From Octopus bimaculoides (Eukaryota), in contig NC_068987.1 in the NCBI RefSeq assembly GCF_001194135.2, forward strand, positions 106,208,417-106,272,067: a stretch of 63,651 nt of DNA, given 5' to 3'. The position numbers were made by a program, and so were the translations under genes. Below are positions 12,145-25,047 of this stretch, in pieces (within the stretch, counting starts at the first letter, position 1; the number at the start of each line of letters is the position of its first letter). Under the pieces are notes generated by a model. That model had not been told where the DNA came from. It did not search any database and saw only the letters and a list, made by a program, of their open reading frames with translations.

Positions 12145-12765
12145 GTTAGGAATGAGGGAGTATTGAAAGCAGAGGAAAAAGGCAAAACAAAAGAAGTACA
12201 AAAAGACAAGAAAAAACATTACGCAACGGGAGACGACACATTCAATTCCATATAGCCACAGTTGAAGTTGCCTGAAAGCATAGCTGAGATTGGCTGAAGA
12301 AAGGAACACTGAACAAAGTGATTTAGAGATGTATGCTGGCAGTTCAAGATCAAGCTTTGGCCACAAATTGGAGGGTCAACCTTTGGAATGAACAAGAGTC
12401 TCCGCTGTGCCGCCTCTGTAACAGAGTGGACGAAACTTTTCCCATATCGCGAACGAATGCCCTAAACTTGCCCCCAAACCATTACAAGTTGTGGCGACAC
12501 GATGAGGTAGCCAAAGTATGCGACAAGTGGAGGCTAGAAAGAGACAAGAGGTGATATGAGCTCAAACCGCAGGGAGTGGTGGAGGCGGAGACTTGCAAAA
12601 TCCTTTGGGATTTCCCAATCCAAACAGATCAGGTGCTAGAGTATAACACACAGGACCTAGTGGTGGATCGACAAGATGCACAACATGTGCTATACAGCTG
12701 ATGTAGCGTGCCTATTTGACCCACGAATAGTCAAGACGGAAGGCGAAAAAATAAATGCATACAAT
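12145..12765 (+). mobile_element. R4/Dong-clade non-LTR retrotransposon fragment (zinc knuckle plus restriction-like endonuclease)
   Basis: DWLKKGTL..MLAVQDQALATN, CRLCNRVDET (CCHC start), RHDEVAK, KILWDFPIQTDQVLEYN, DVACLFDPRIVKTEGEKINAY; frameshifted. Confidence 0.85.
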
Positions 12766-12963
12766 CCAGTATTATATTTCTTGGTTGCTAAGTCGGAAAT
12801 AAAGTTGTTATACATTGGGATTTAGATACAAATTTATGATGGGTTCATAAATAGAAAATAAAATAGAATTCCTGTCTAGAATATTGGAAATTCCTAATTT
12901 TGAATTGGATCAATGATTTGAATACACACGGAGCTCCGAAATATATTTGCACTTCTTTACCAG

Positions 12964-12991
12964 AATGTGTTCAGTGAACGCTTCTGAGCTT
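12964..12991 (+). CDS. Candidate mini-exon, 28 nt, phase 2 to 0
   Basis: Strong acceptor tttgcacttctttaccag, donor CTT/gtgaga; only open frame MCSVNASEL, phase-compatible with 11642-11710. Confidence 0.35.
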
Positions 12992-14033
12992 GTGAGACGG
13001 AAATTCGAAACTAAGAGAAATAAAAACAGTTTTGTACTGAATAATTTTTGAATCCTGTCGGTTTTTGTTAGGAACTATCTTTCTACTCCCATTTCGTAGG
13101 GGTGGGGAAATAACATCCTTTCTATCTATGCTTGTAGAATACACTCGCACAAAAGCTCACTTATAATCCATCCTTTAAATATACTCATCCATATATATAT
13201 AAATATAATAAATTGTGTCTAAGGGGGATGGGAGAACGAGGGGATAACTAAGGGAGCAACAAACGAAGGGATGATATAAACACGGAAAGTTGCATGAGAA
13301 TGATCCTGAAAAGAAACTTGAAAATCCGGAGCTGTTAGAAGAAACAGGTTGGAGAAAGTAGAATTACACAACTCAAAAATTAAAAAAAACATTCAAACAT
13401 TATGTCTAAGAATAGGTTTCCAAAGAGGGTATTAAGTAATGATAATACTTTAGAAGTGTTGAATTTGAGAATGGATTTTCTCTCGTATATGCAAAGAACG
13501 AAGTAATACGTAAATATCTTTTCAGTATGATCTTTAGAGTTGGTCTTTAATCTATTATGTTTTGGTAGCATCCCTGCTAACCATTTCGGTATATTATGGA
13601 TTTTCAGCAGTGTTCTAATTGTTGTCAAACCGTATCGACTTTCTAAGCACTTTTATTCACATTTTCAATATTTTAGAAAGGGGCATTGCATTTGTTGGAA
13701 ATACACTTGAAGTATTCAATGTAAACATGCACACAAGCATGTGCTCCCCCCCCCCATGTATGTATGCATGTATATAATCATATACATATACATTTACATA
13801 CATACATACATACATATATACATACATATGCACAGTGAGATTTATGCCTCACTATATTTTCTTGCCTCTTGCCCAATACACTGAGAATAGAACTTGGTTG
13901 ATGGAAACGATAGGTGATCCTATTGTGTGTATGTATGGGAATATATATATATATATATATATATAAATATTAACATATGTATATGTATACATATATATTT
14001 ATATTCATACATATATATGTATATAAATAGGTA

Positions 14034-14065
<32 letters not shown>

Positions 14066-14359
14066 CGACGATGATGATGATGATGATGATGATGGTGATG
14101 ATAAGAAGAAAAATATTAATAATAATATTGCGTATATTTTTCACTGATGTTGACGTATATTTGTGAAGCATAAAAAGTCAACAGGAAAACAGAAAAAAAA
14201 GAAACCCCATCACAACTTGCGTATGAAGTCACTTTGTGATATTTCTTGTGCACACAAATTACTTTTATTTCCTTCCTACACTCCACATAAAAATTCAGTG
14301 AATGACTTAGTTTTCATTTGTAATGCTAAAACCATCGGCGCTCTCGTTACCCACTACAG

Positions 14360-14563
14360 ATGCAAACTTAATGCAGCACCTTCATAGCTTGGACAATTCT
14401 GTTCTTGATATGTACACCAAATCTGTGCGTGTATTTACAGAGTGTTTATGTGTTTATCTTTTCGCAAGCGTTCGGACGACAGCTGTCGTCTGCGCACAGA
14501 AAATCCCCTACATTCATATTTTGCTTATTAGTGAAGCAGTTCATGCTGTGATTTCTACCTCAG
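14360..14563 (+). CDS. Candidate symmetric phase 1-1 exon, 204 nt
   Basis: Acceptor ctctcgttacccactacag, donor CAG/gtaccc; lies within ORF 14323-14604 (ANLMQHLHSLDNSVLDMYTKSVRVFTECLCVYLFAS...AVISTS). Confidence 0.25.
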
Positions 14564-14702
14564 GTACCCCTTTTTGTAGTAATACTAATGGGCGGTGGAT
14601 TTGAAGCTTTTGGAAAAGAGAAAGATTTGCAAAATTTTAATCTCTCTATCTCTCTATCTGTCTCTCTCTCTCTCTATCTCTCTCTCTCTATCTATCTATC
14701 TA

Positions 14703-14761
<59 letters not shown>

Positions 14762-14871
14762 GTCTGTCTGTCTGTATGCCTGTCTGTCTGTGTATGTATG
14801 TAAGTATATAGACAGATAAATAAATAGATAGAAAGATATACATGTATATCTATGTGTGTGTGTGTGTATCT

Positions 14872-15297
14872 ATGTTTGTCCCTCCACCACAGCTTGAAAA
14901 CCGGTGTTGGTGTGTTTGTGTACATGTAACTTAGCAGTTTGGCAAAAGAGGACGATAGGAAAAGTACGAAGATTAAAAAATGCATAGCGGCATTCTCAAG
15001 ACTAAAACATATCATATCAGGGATAATATATATATATATATAGGGAGAATTCACAAAAAAAAAAAAGTAAAAGACGAAGACAGGTGGTGTAGAAAGCAAA
15101 CAGATGTATTAGTATCACGCTCGGGAAGTGAAAAAGACTTTAATGTTTCGAGCCTACGCTCTTACACAGAAAGAAACAAGGAGAGAAACATATATATATA
15201 TAAGTACTACGCTTAAAAAAAGTCCTGCGATCGATTTATTCGACTAAAGGCGGTACACCACCATACTGTAGTCAAATGAAATGAAACAGGTAAATGA
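14872..15297 (+). mobile_element. SINE family A 3' half, interrupted by a TA-flanked insert
   Basis: 14872-14975 and 15201-15297 match consecutive parts of the SINE A 3' half; insert 15043-15189 lies between (TA)n runs. Confidence 0.75.
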
Positions 15298-15444
15298 ATA
15301 TCGGAAACGGAATCCTTTATTTAGTCACTGGAACTTCTAAATATACCAAGAATTAAAGCGAGCATCTAATTAAAAGAAACATCTCATTATTTCTCATATT
15401 GAGTATTATACGTACGTGTTGTCATTCAAGATATACTATTCTTA

Positions 15445-15616
15445 GGCGGTGAACTGCAGAAACCTTAACACGCCGGGTGAAATGCTTAGCCGAGATTCAC
15501 TTTGCCTTTCGGCCTTTCGAGGTCGATAAATTAAATATCAGTTGTGCACTGGGGTAGATCCAAGTGGTTGGCCCCCTCCACCAAAATTTCGGGCCTTGTG
15601 CCTAGAGTAGAAAAGA
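15445..15616 (+). mobile_element. SINE family B, internally deleted
   Basis: GGCGGTGAACTGCAGAAACCTTAACACGCCGGGTGAAATGCTTAGC...GGGCCTTGTGCCTAGAGTAGAAAAGA; tail equals that of 3006-3198. Confidence 0.85.
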
Positions 15617-16035
15617 TATATTATGCTTGAACATAATGCTCCTTCAGATTTGTTCAGTGGATCAAGAAAGGCAAATAATTCCTGCATAATATTCAACACC
15701 AAAAAGAACAAGTCGTTGTCATAAAGCGGGATGAACTTCTTCCCAGAGACAACTCTAAATTGATGAAATTTCTCAATTATTTAGAATGAAAACGAATGAA
15801 TTGTTGAACCAATGTATTTGCGATCAAGTGTGTGGAGGAATAAACAAGCATTCCGAATATATAAATGATATTGGAAACAAACAGAGAAAAATTTAACAAA
15901 CAAATTCAATGGAAAATAGATTTCATATTATAAATATTTTTTTTATCTGCAGTTAATCTCTCTTCATATATTTTCCACATTAAAAATTTACTCCTCGTTT
16001 AGACGTGTTTTTTGATACATACATATATACATATG

Positions 16036-16075
<40 letters not shown>

Positions 16076-16599
16076 CATACACGCATATATATATATATAT
16101 ATATTATATATGCACATACATGTATATATGTTAGTATATATGTACATGCATACATATATACGTATATGTATACATACTTATACACGCACATATATATTTA
16201 TATATACATACGTATATATATATATATATATATATATATGAACACATATATATGTATATATATACACATATATATGAATGAGTATGTATTTGTATATACA
16301 CCTACATGATACAAACACACGCATACATTCATGCTTCCACTCACATATCTCTATATGCACCTCTCTGTGTGTACACACCAATATATACCAAAGTGTATAC
16401 ACTTCATACACTTTCTAACAGACGCATGATCACAGCCGCATACACAGATACTCAAATATATATTAAAATTGTATATTTAATCTAAGTTTATCAGATATGT
16501 ATAAACATAAACATAACTTTGTTTTGGCAATGTTTACCATAATAAAGTTTATTTGTTGGATTAGAATTTAATCTTGGTTTCAAATTGATGTTGAAGCAG

Positions 16600-16650
16600 G
16601 TTATATAAGCGTTGTTACAGTCGCCGTCATCGTCCTCATTGTTGTAATTG
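16600..16650 (+). CDS. Candidate transmembrane-segment exon, phase 1-1
   Basis: (G)YISVVTVAVIVLIVVI(G) between gaagcag and G/gttagc; acceptor is weak and the sequence could be a decayed (TCA/TCG)n repeat. Confidence 0.2.
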
Positions 16651-17079
16651 GTTAGCACAAGGTCGTGCCAAAGCAAGGCAACTCCATGTGTTGCCCAGAA
16701 ATATGCAAATAATTTATTTTCTTAACATGGGAGGTTTTAGGCGCTAATTTGAGCTGCGTCAGAGATAACACAAAAGCCCTCACACTTAATTTAATAGATC
16801 CCTTCCTGGCATTTTTAAATGCTGGTTTAGTTGTTGTTAAATTCCGAAATTTATAAACGCATGCTTCGCAACTGTATTCTTCTAGTGTCATTATCATAGA
16901 AAGCATATATAGCAATACATTAGCCCTTATCTAGTTCAGATCGTGTACATTTTCCCAAGGGTAACAGGAGTTGTTATACACGGAAAAAGCTTCTCCTAAG
17001 AATCGCCTGATCCTTTCAGATAATTGTAATGTGGAAAGAGACAACGGAATCTACGTAGCTCCGTTGATATTGTGTTTGT

Positions 17080-17615
17080 CGTCACTGGCTCTCGTGACTT
17101 CTGATCTTAACTGACTGGAAGGGTCATCAAGCACATGTTTTGCCTTGGTGTAAAAGATTGGCAACAGCAAATATTCTGCTCAATACCACAGCTTTACTTG
17201 TCAATTGCTTGAACTTAACCAGTTGAACATGTCTCTTAGAGGCTGATGATATGTGCATCTCTGATCACGAGTAGAAGAAGTGGGGAAGCATCATAGCCAT
17301 GTTCTGAGAGGAATGCTTTCGGATGTGCATTCACCTTTCAAAACATAGGTACTTTGTTCAACATCCTTAAATATTCCTTATTAAGGGACCTTTTGAGCGG
17401 GATGGACTACTCGACCTGAAAAAAAAATTCTAACTTGGCCCTACCTGCAGCGTCATGCGTTGTTTATCTTGATATGATATCACCATTTCGCGTACATATG
17501 TTTGTGATGCATGTGCCTGGTGTACCCTTATCAGACGGGTAGTCAGGATGGGTATACTGGGGTTTGTATACTTTACCCCAGTGTCACTGTGATGGTATGC
17601 GCTGCTCTCTCATTC
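17080..17615 (+). mobile_element. Dispersed repeat, probable LINE 3' UTR ending in an (AAT)n tail
   Basis: GC-richer non-coding block ending ...GCGCTGCTCTCTCATTC then (AAT)n; recalled as an abundant octopus repeat, unverified. Confidence 0.55.
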
Positions 17616-17625
17616 AATAATAATA

Positions 17626-17692
<67 letters not shown>

Positions 17693-17709
17693 GAAGAAGA
17701 AGAAGAAGA

Positions 17710-17773
<64 letters not shown>
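17616..17773. repeat. Compound microsatellite (AAT)n-(AAG)n-(GAT)n
   Basis: Seen directly. Confidence 0.97.
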
Positions 17774-17774
<1 letters not shown>

Positions 17775-18202
17775 AATAGGCCAGATATAGACGTCAGAGA
17801 TCACGAAGAAAAAAATGCTTTCCAATCGATCTATCAATACCAATAGATGACAAGGTTTCTCTAAAAGTAACAGAGAAATTTTCCAGATACAAATGTCTGA
17901 GAAATGACAATGGTAGAACTCGAATATAGAGCCTAAAAACAAAAACAATTCCTATTATAGTAGGCGCATTATATATGATAAAAACAACAACATTCAGTGA
18001 AATATATAACAAAAACACCAGTACATAGAAGTGTATATAACATACAGAAAATAGCACTACTTGGCACCGCACAAATCCTACGTAAAACTCTTTAAATACA
18101 ATGAAAAGAAGAGCACCACAATAAACCACAGCACATACCCAAGGCACACAAAGCTGCGCTCGGTAGTGCAGTGAAAGCACGTGATAAAAATAAGACTACA
18201 GA
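17774..18202 (+). mobile_element. 5'-truncated Dong/R4-clade LINE (RLE domain and 3' end)
   Basis: NRPDIDVRDHEEK / CFPIDLSIPIDDKVSLKVTEKFSRY / KTIPIIVGAL / NIQKIALLGTAQILRKTL-stop, then a short 3' UTR and (AAT)n tail. Confidence 0.9.
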
Positions 18203-18273
18203 ATAATAATAATAATAATAATAATAGTAGTAGTAGTAGTAGTAGCAGTAGTAGTAGTAGTAGTAGTAGTAGT

Positions 18274-18337
<64 letters not shown>

Positions 18338-18363
18338 ACAATAATGATAATAATAATAATAAT
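18202..18363. repeat. Compound microsatellite (AAT)n-(AGT/AGC)n-(AAT)n
   Basis: Seen directly. Confidence 0.97.
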
Positions 18364-18455
18364 AGTATCTATGTTGGTCGGCCCTCAAGACACCTCAAAG
18401 CTGTTTCCACGCGTTTTTTGCCACTCATCTCGATCTTCCATAATGATAAAAATGG

Positions 18456-18650
18456 TTTCAAATTTTGCCACAAGGGCAGCCAGTTTGGGGAGGGGATAAG
18501 TCGATTGCATCGACCGCAGTGTTTCACTGGTATTTAATTTATCGACCTCGAAAGATTGAAAGGGAAATTCGACCTCGGCGGATATTTTAACTCAGAACGT
18601 AGCGGAAGACGAACCACCGTTAAAAATGTTCCCCGGCGTGCTATCGGCAG
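18456..18650 (-). mobile_element. SINE family B, diverged copy
   Basis: AATTTATCGACCTCGAAAG..TCGACCTCGGCGG..CAGAACGTA..CCGGCGTGCTA matches the 3006-3430 copies. Confidence 0.85.
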
Positions 18651-20945
18651 TGATTCTCATGAGTAAAGCAATGTTCAGTTTATTCTATATAATTTCTTAC
18701 AGTTCTGTTATAAATAATCTGCACCTTAAACGATATAATATGACGTTCCTTAGGCCAATGGAGTTAAGGATTAATTATCTCTAATGGACTTTGAAATTTA
18801 AATGATTTATTGAGCTCGTAAAATATACTATTCAAATTTCTTTTTAAATGCAAATATCTCTTGATATCTTCTGTAACATCCGGATTCAAAAGTATCAAAT
18901 TAATTTACTTTATAAATATGAGTTTTGTCTGTTTATACTGATGACTGAATTAAAGTATAATATTATTTTACGATTGATTTTGACTTATGGAAACATAAAT
19001 AAAAGTTGTATATTTTACTTTATTTGTGTAATAGTTTTTACGAAGAGCGTCATTAGTTGCCACAGATAATGTATGACGTATGAGAGATATATAATCTTTT
19101 CTGTCGTCTTTATGAAGATCAGTGGAAATATTTTTTAATAAATTTCAGATTTACTCATATTTATCCCCTTAATATAGACGACACAGTAGCATATTTAGCC
19201 ATCACGCACACCATAAATCACTTCGAATCAACTCAAAATAAATTCTCATGAAACACTAACTACACTTTAATCAACACCACCGAAACCAAATTAGGCAATG
19301 TGCAATCATATTTCAGCTTCAATTATGTTTAGGATAAGATGCGTAATTCCTTTCTCAGTGTGGAACAATAGTATATCCGTAATATAATGATTTAATGGTA
19401 TTAACGATATATAATACTTCAAATTAACTCTGCGTGATATTATTGAATTTTATCCTTCCATAACTAAATCTCTTAAAGTTTTAGTTTTCGCCAGCAGCAT
19501 CGAACAAATCAGTGAATTTTATATTAAGATAATTTTGCACAGAAAGAAAACCCTTTCGTTTTTTCGACAACTCATCCTCAGGGAAAAAAGAAACCTAGAT
19601 GAATTGACTCGTATTTCTATGGGATAAAACATTGCAACGGAAATATGCAAAATTATTAGAATTTGTGTCTTGAACTATTTGCATAATATGATTTTTATGT
19701 TGGAAGATTGAAACAGAGATGCACTTTTAGTTATGACGAATATATGATTTCGAATTTCAAAGTTAGACATCCCACATAATTAGAGTGACTAAAACAGAAA
19801 GAATTAAGTTTCATAGCTGCCTTAATACAGTAAATGTTTTGCGTATTACCTTAAGATAAGACTATCTTCTGCACACACCGAAAAGCAAATGAAATACTGT
19901 TTTAAATAAAAAACCTAATCATATACCACCTAACATTCACTCCTTAACATTAGTAAACATATATCCTTCATTATATTAAGATGAAGCGATATTCATTACT
20001 GCCTCTCATTGTTGTAATAGCACTCTTCCTATAAAATGGCTTTGCATATAAAATACAATTTATTACATACTTTATCCCAAACATTAAAATAGTACAACAA
20101 ATATTTTATGGTGTCATCGTGGCTCCTGTTTAAAAACAGGAACAGATAATTCCTAAGACTTCCTAGATTTAATATCTTTTGATGGGATATATGATTATTT
20201 TTGCAGAAACGCATCATTTAAAATAAACTATGCTTGATGAACGAATTTTGTAATCTCAGTTAACACGTTAATTTTCAAAAAACATTCCAATAGCAGTTAT
20301 GCGTTTTCCCTTCCTACCAGTAATTACATAGCTTGAAATAATTGCCCACATAAACATAATTGTCTCTCAGAAGCTGTAATATCTTGTATCAACCTGCAAT
20401 GAGATAGTAATTGTATGCCAAAAACATATGAGATTCACCAAGAATTGTGCCTGTATCAACATGTTCAAGAAACAGAAATAAGATTTTATATTAGCATTTC
20501 CAAGAGGCGAATTAACAGAAACGTTAGAGCACCATATGCAATACCTTGTGATACTTATTCGAATTTCTCTTGTTCTCTGTTCAGATCTCATCGAGGTTAA
20601 ATTTACCTTTCAGCATTCCGGGTTCGATAAATGTAAAACATCATTATGGTGGTGGACTCTCAGAATCTTTAGAGTGTAGGATATTTGTTCCACTTTGCGC
20701 TCGTAATCCAAATCTCATCGTGAATTAGATATCCGTTAGAAGTAGCCGTCTCTAGCTTAAACACTACCAACTTGTCTTTGGTTGGCTATATCTCAGCCAG
20801 CTCTTTTTCAAAAATTTAGATTCAAAATTGAATGTGGCATTTAAGTTTAGGCACCAGAATATAGTATGGTATTATCCAAACAATTCCCAAAACAAGGTGA
20901 TCAAAAATAAAAAAAGCAACCTTTAAAACCGTGTTGCTTTTTGGG

Positions 20946-21020
<75 letters not shown>

Positions 21021-21086
21021 NNNNNNNNNNNNNNNNNNNNNNNNNNNNNNNNNNNNNNNNNNNNNNNNNNNNNNNNNNNNNNNNNG

Positions 21087-21164
<78 letters not shown>

Positions 21165-21760
21165 TATACACTAATATATGTACACACACATATAATTAAG
21201 ATTATAATGCGGTTAAGATAACAATACATCCCCATATATTTACTACAATATGTCTTGCACAGGATGCGATCGTAACAAGCTCAATGCATAACATTTTTTT
21301 GTGAATGTGTACCACAAGAAATACAATTTAATTTATAAAGCCCTCAGCTGGTGCACGGAATTCCATTGTGTATGTCGAAAGATATACAAGCAGGGTTTCT
21401 TTTTATAAGGTATAATGGATTATAGTCGTTTTATTTTACTTTTTGCAAATTGCGTCCTACAACCCATTAAAAGTCATTTTTAAAGAAACAAAAAAAGTCC
21501 TGCTTTGCTTAGTCGCAGATTACAATATCACATAAGAGAAAATGAGAACTGAACAAATAAATGAAGAGAAACCTTTGCATAATAAGCAACGTACTATAGA
21601 CAAAAATTGCGAATCTAGCAACCAAGTCCAACACACTATTTTCCCCCTAATGTTTTTCAGTCTTTTTATGTATACAAATTTCCTTATATGTTTTCTCGTG
21701 TAATGAAATATCTCAAACCGTAATATCATTTTCTGGTTCCATTTACATTGTATCTATCAG

Positions 21761-21805
21761 TGCACCTGACAAAAAGCATTTACGTGGTCATTCCACTTGC
21801 TATAA
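21761..21805 (+). CDS. Candidate exon, 45 nt
   Basis: Acceptor atttacattgtatctatcag, donor TAA/gtaact; phase 1 HLTKSIYVVIPLAI or phase 2 APDKKHLRGHSTCY. Confidence 0.3.
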
Positions 21806-21896
21806 GTAACTAGTTTTTTTTCAACCATACAGTGTACAGGATAATGTACATTGAATACCTTTGATAGTAGAATCTGATCAACTCAAATTGAAGCAG

Positions 21897-21956
21897 ATGG
21901 AGAAGAACTAAAATGCCAAACAGCAATGTGCCAGCAAGCGAGATTGTATATCAGTG
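21897..21956 (+). CDS. Candidate exon, 60 nt
   Basis: Strong donor GTG/gtgagc, weak acceptor gaagcag; phase 1 GEELKCQTAMCQQARLYIS or phase 2 WRRTKMPNSNVPASEIVYQ; both fit the preceding exon. Confidence 0.25.
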
Positions 21957-22759
21957 GTGAGCAAGCACTTTGGTATCTATGTAGAGCACATGCTAATGTT
22001 CCAGATGACCTCTCATTTTCATAAACCCCAATATAAAGGCGTCTAGAAAGAAGACAATTCAAGCTGTATAATTATTTAATGAGTATTAATTAAAATTTTG
22101 CTGGATTGACACATCAGTCAAATGGTTTGGGAAAAATGCGTAAAAATTAAAATTCTGGTTTAAATGCTAGACCTGGATAGGTCTTGGCAGAAGGAATGCT
22201 GGGAGTTAGAAAAAATAAAGAAATTTCGGGTCGGCAAAGGTCACATACGAATTATATTATTGAATTCAACAACTTTTCTTGTATTCGGTCACCTGCGGGA
22301 GTTTGAATTTGTACTTACCAGGTGCTATTAGGCATTCTTTTGGTAAGGTTTCGCTTTTGGAACAATTCGTTACACACCAAAACTATACAACATTTTACAA
22401 TATCGCTTCAGCTTGCCAAGAATATATATTCATAAACCTGCATAAACCAATGCACGATCCTCTGTATATTCGCTTGAGCGTCTAGAAAGAGTAGCAAAAT
22501 CTCCTTCAAATCACATCCTACATTCTTAGGAACATAATTTTGCCTAATGTTAGTCGGGGGTCTTTTGTACGCTCGAAAAAAGAGGAAATGATTGAAAGTT
22601 GGCCTAATTTGGGAAGGATTCTTGACGATCAGGAACCTGCAGGACAAAATATTTCCTCCCTCGTTTTTTATTGTTAAACGTTTTGTAAATATTTCAAAGC
22701 GAACAATTGACCGCAAAACTTTTAAACATGAAGGACATTGAATTGAAATCAATGAATAA

Positions 22760-24120
22760 TTTTTTTTTGCAGACTGGAGATGGTTTCATAATTCTCGTGA
22801 AACCAGTCTTGGTCCTTCTTTCGTGCAATGCCGATCGTCTCTTCGGCGGCAGCGGTCATGGCTTCATTAAAGCTGGTCCAGTGATCCTCAATGAAAGTTG
22901 GCTCTTGGAGGTCCATAAGGTGTCTCTCAATGGATTCCCTGAAGTCTTGGGATGCTTGTGAGTTCCGTAGTGTAGCGCAGTCGAAGCCTCGGCAAGAGAT
23001 ATTTGCTGAGACCCACTTTGATGGGCAGGAGATCTTGATGTCAAGGCGAGAAATAAGAAGGCGGTGATCCATCGAGCGGTCATTTGCACCAGGATCTTGT
23101 CAGAACGTAGTCGAGAATGTACCAGTGTTTAGACCGTAAGTGTTTCCAGGTCGTTTTGTGTTGGGTAGGGAGACGAATAGGGAGTTGCTGATGACGAGTT
23201 CGTGCTCGGTGGAAAGGCCCAGGAAGAGCAGGCCATTGGCATTGACTTTCCTGAAGCCGCGATGACCAAGAATGTCATTCCACAGACAATGGTCAGTGCC
23301 GACTCTGCTGTTAAAGTCCCCAACACCACGAGTTTGTCATGCGCGCGGGCTGTCTGGATGGTGCTGTCCAGCAGTTTGTAGAACGAAACCTTGACATCGT
23401 CTTCAGATGCGAGGGTAAGGGCTTAAACACAGATATCAGCTTCTCTGATGCTGCCTACGCCGGGGATGTTGAGGTCCGCCAGCAGTGGTATGCTGGCCAG
23501 ATCGAGTTGCCGTGTCCGATGTTTACCCCACCTTTTCTAGGGGCTTTCCCTCGAGGGGTGGACTGCGGTAATTCTAAAGAACCAGCCCAGTCACGTGTCT
23601 AGCTACCGAACTCCAATGTCACGGCTATTCATTGGAGAGCGTCCATCTGAGATTCGGCACCATTGTGTGGTCATGGACGAGAAGATTCCAACTTTCCAGA
23701 CCTGCCTCCGGTGCCCACGATACCATCACAATTGGGCTTTTTGAGATAGATCAGAAAGACGAAATCATTCGGTATGTAAATTGTTTGAAGTGATCATGGC
23801 TGTGCGACGAAAACGTGCACGCACTTGGCCAGGAATTTCTTCACTGTGGCTTAAGAAATGAGACGTGCAGTCTTAATGAGGCTGGTTTCAGCGAGCTGCC
23901 GGAGTCTATCCGCCTTTGTCAGGCCTGCCCACCAGTCGTTGCCCTCTTCCGCCGGAGTTAATCCTTGGGTGCTTGAAATACCGCTCCTTCGCTTGCTCCG
24001 CCGTTGGGGTCTTGATATTGGTGTTTGGCCGTGTTTAGTTTGGTCGTGTTTATTCGACCGTACCACCATGGGTACTATCAGGAGTCTAAGTCTCGAGACG
24101 GTATAGCTCTCGTTATCATT
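22760..24120 (-). mobile_element. RTE-clade LINE 5' part (AP endonuclease and linker), decayed
   Basis: Minus strand, frame-broken: EDDVKVSFYKLLD, DKLVVLGDFNSRVGTD..WNDILGHRG..VNANGLL, KTTWKHLRSKHWYILDYVL, MTAAAEETIGIARKKDQDWFHEN; the 5' boundary is uncertain. Confidence 0.9.
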
Positions 24121-25047
24121 GAAACTCACAAGCTCTTCCACCAAGACGAGGGACGACCCCCCCACACACATACGTATATATATATANNNNNNNNNNNNNN
24201 NNNNNNNNNNNNNNNNNNNNNNNNNNNNNNNNNNNNNNNNNNNNNNNNNNNNNNNNNNNNNNNNNNNNNNNNNNNNNNNNNNNNNNNNNNNNNNNNNNNN
24301 NNNNNTCAGATAGAAGTAAATTAACACAAATAGTTTAAAGCACCAATGCAAAGTTATCAGAAAACGTTGACTTGTGAATGAAAACACGAGCCTAGTTGCA
24401 GTTAACTTAATTGGTACTTCAGATCTTTCGCAGAAAAGTTTTGTCCACAAGTATCTATGGAAATTTTGTCGAGAAATACCATGTATAGAAATAGCAAGTA
24501 CGAGCACTGCATATAAAAATGAACTCAAATTTGAAGCCAGATTGAGAGCAATGCTTGGCATTCAGCGTTCGGTGTTATCTATCTTTTGTGTTTCATCAGC
24601 TTTCGGTCAGTCATTCCAAAGGTAGAAACCTGAAAAGCCAGTACAAATAAATCATGAGAACTTTCTCTATCATCGCTCGACAAAATCATAAGTAAGGACA
24701 CAACCTTAACTATAATAAAATAAAACAGCTGACACATTTGACAACATTCTCTTACAAAACGGATTCCGGAATTGAAGGCAGTTTTGTTCACACCGCACAA
24801 TATATGCGTACGGTCAGATCAATGCTCATATTCCAGACAAAATACAAATTAATATAAATAATTTCTTTGCTTAATTCTTGGCGAATCTACTGACTTAGAG
24901 GTTAACCCAAAATTTATAGGATTTGTGTCTTAAGCACGAAAACTGTAAATGGGAGAAATGCTGAATTTAACTGCATTACATGAAACAAATATAAGCAATA
25001 TTCTTGATATAACAGCACGATTTTTAAATATTTGTCTCCATATTAAT

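Noticed and set aside
17511-18537. Poly-N/K/D and poly-N/S ORFs (17511-17846, 18181-18537)
   Set aside because: Trinucleotide microsatellites flanking a LINE fragment; the non-repeat parts are retroposon sequence
23858-24106. GC-rich 82-aa plus-strand ORF
   Set aside because: Adjacent to and antisense of the RTE 5' region; no gene context, best explained as element sequence
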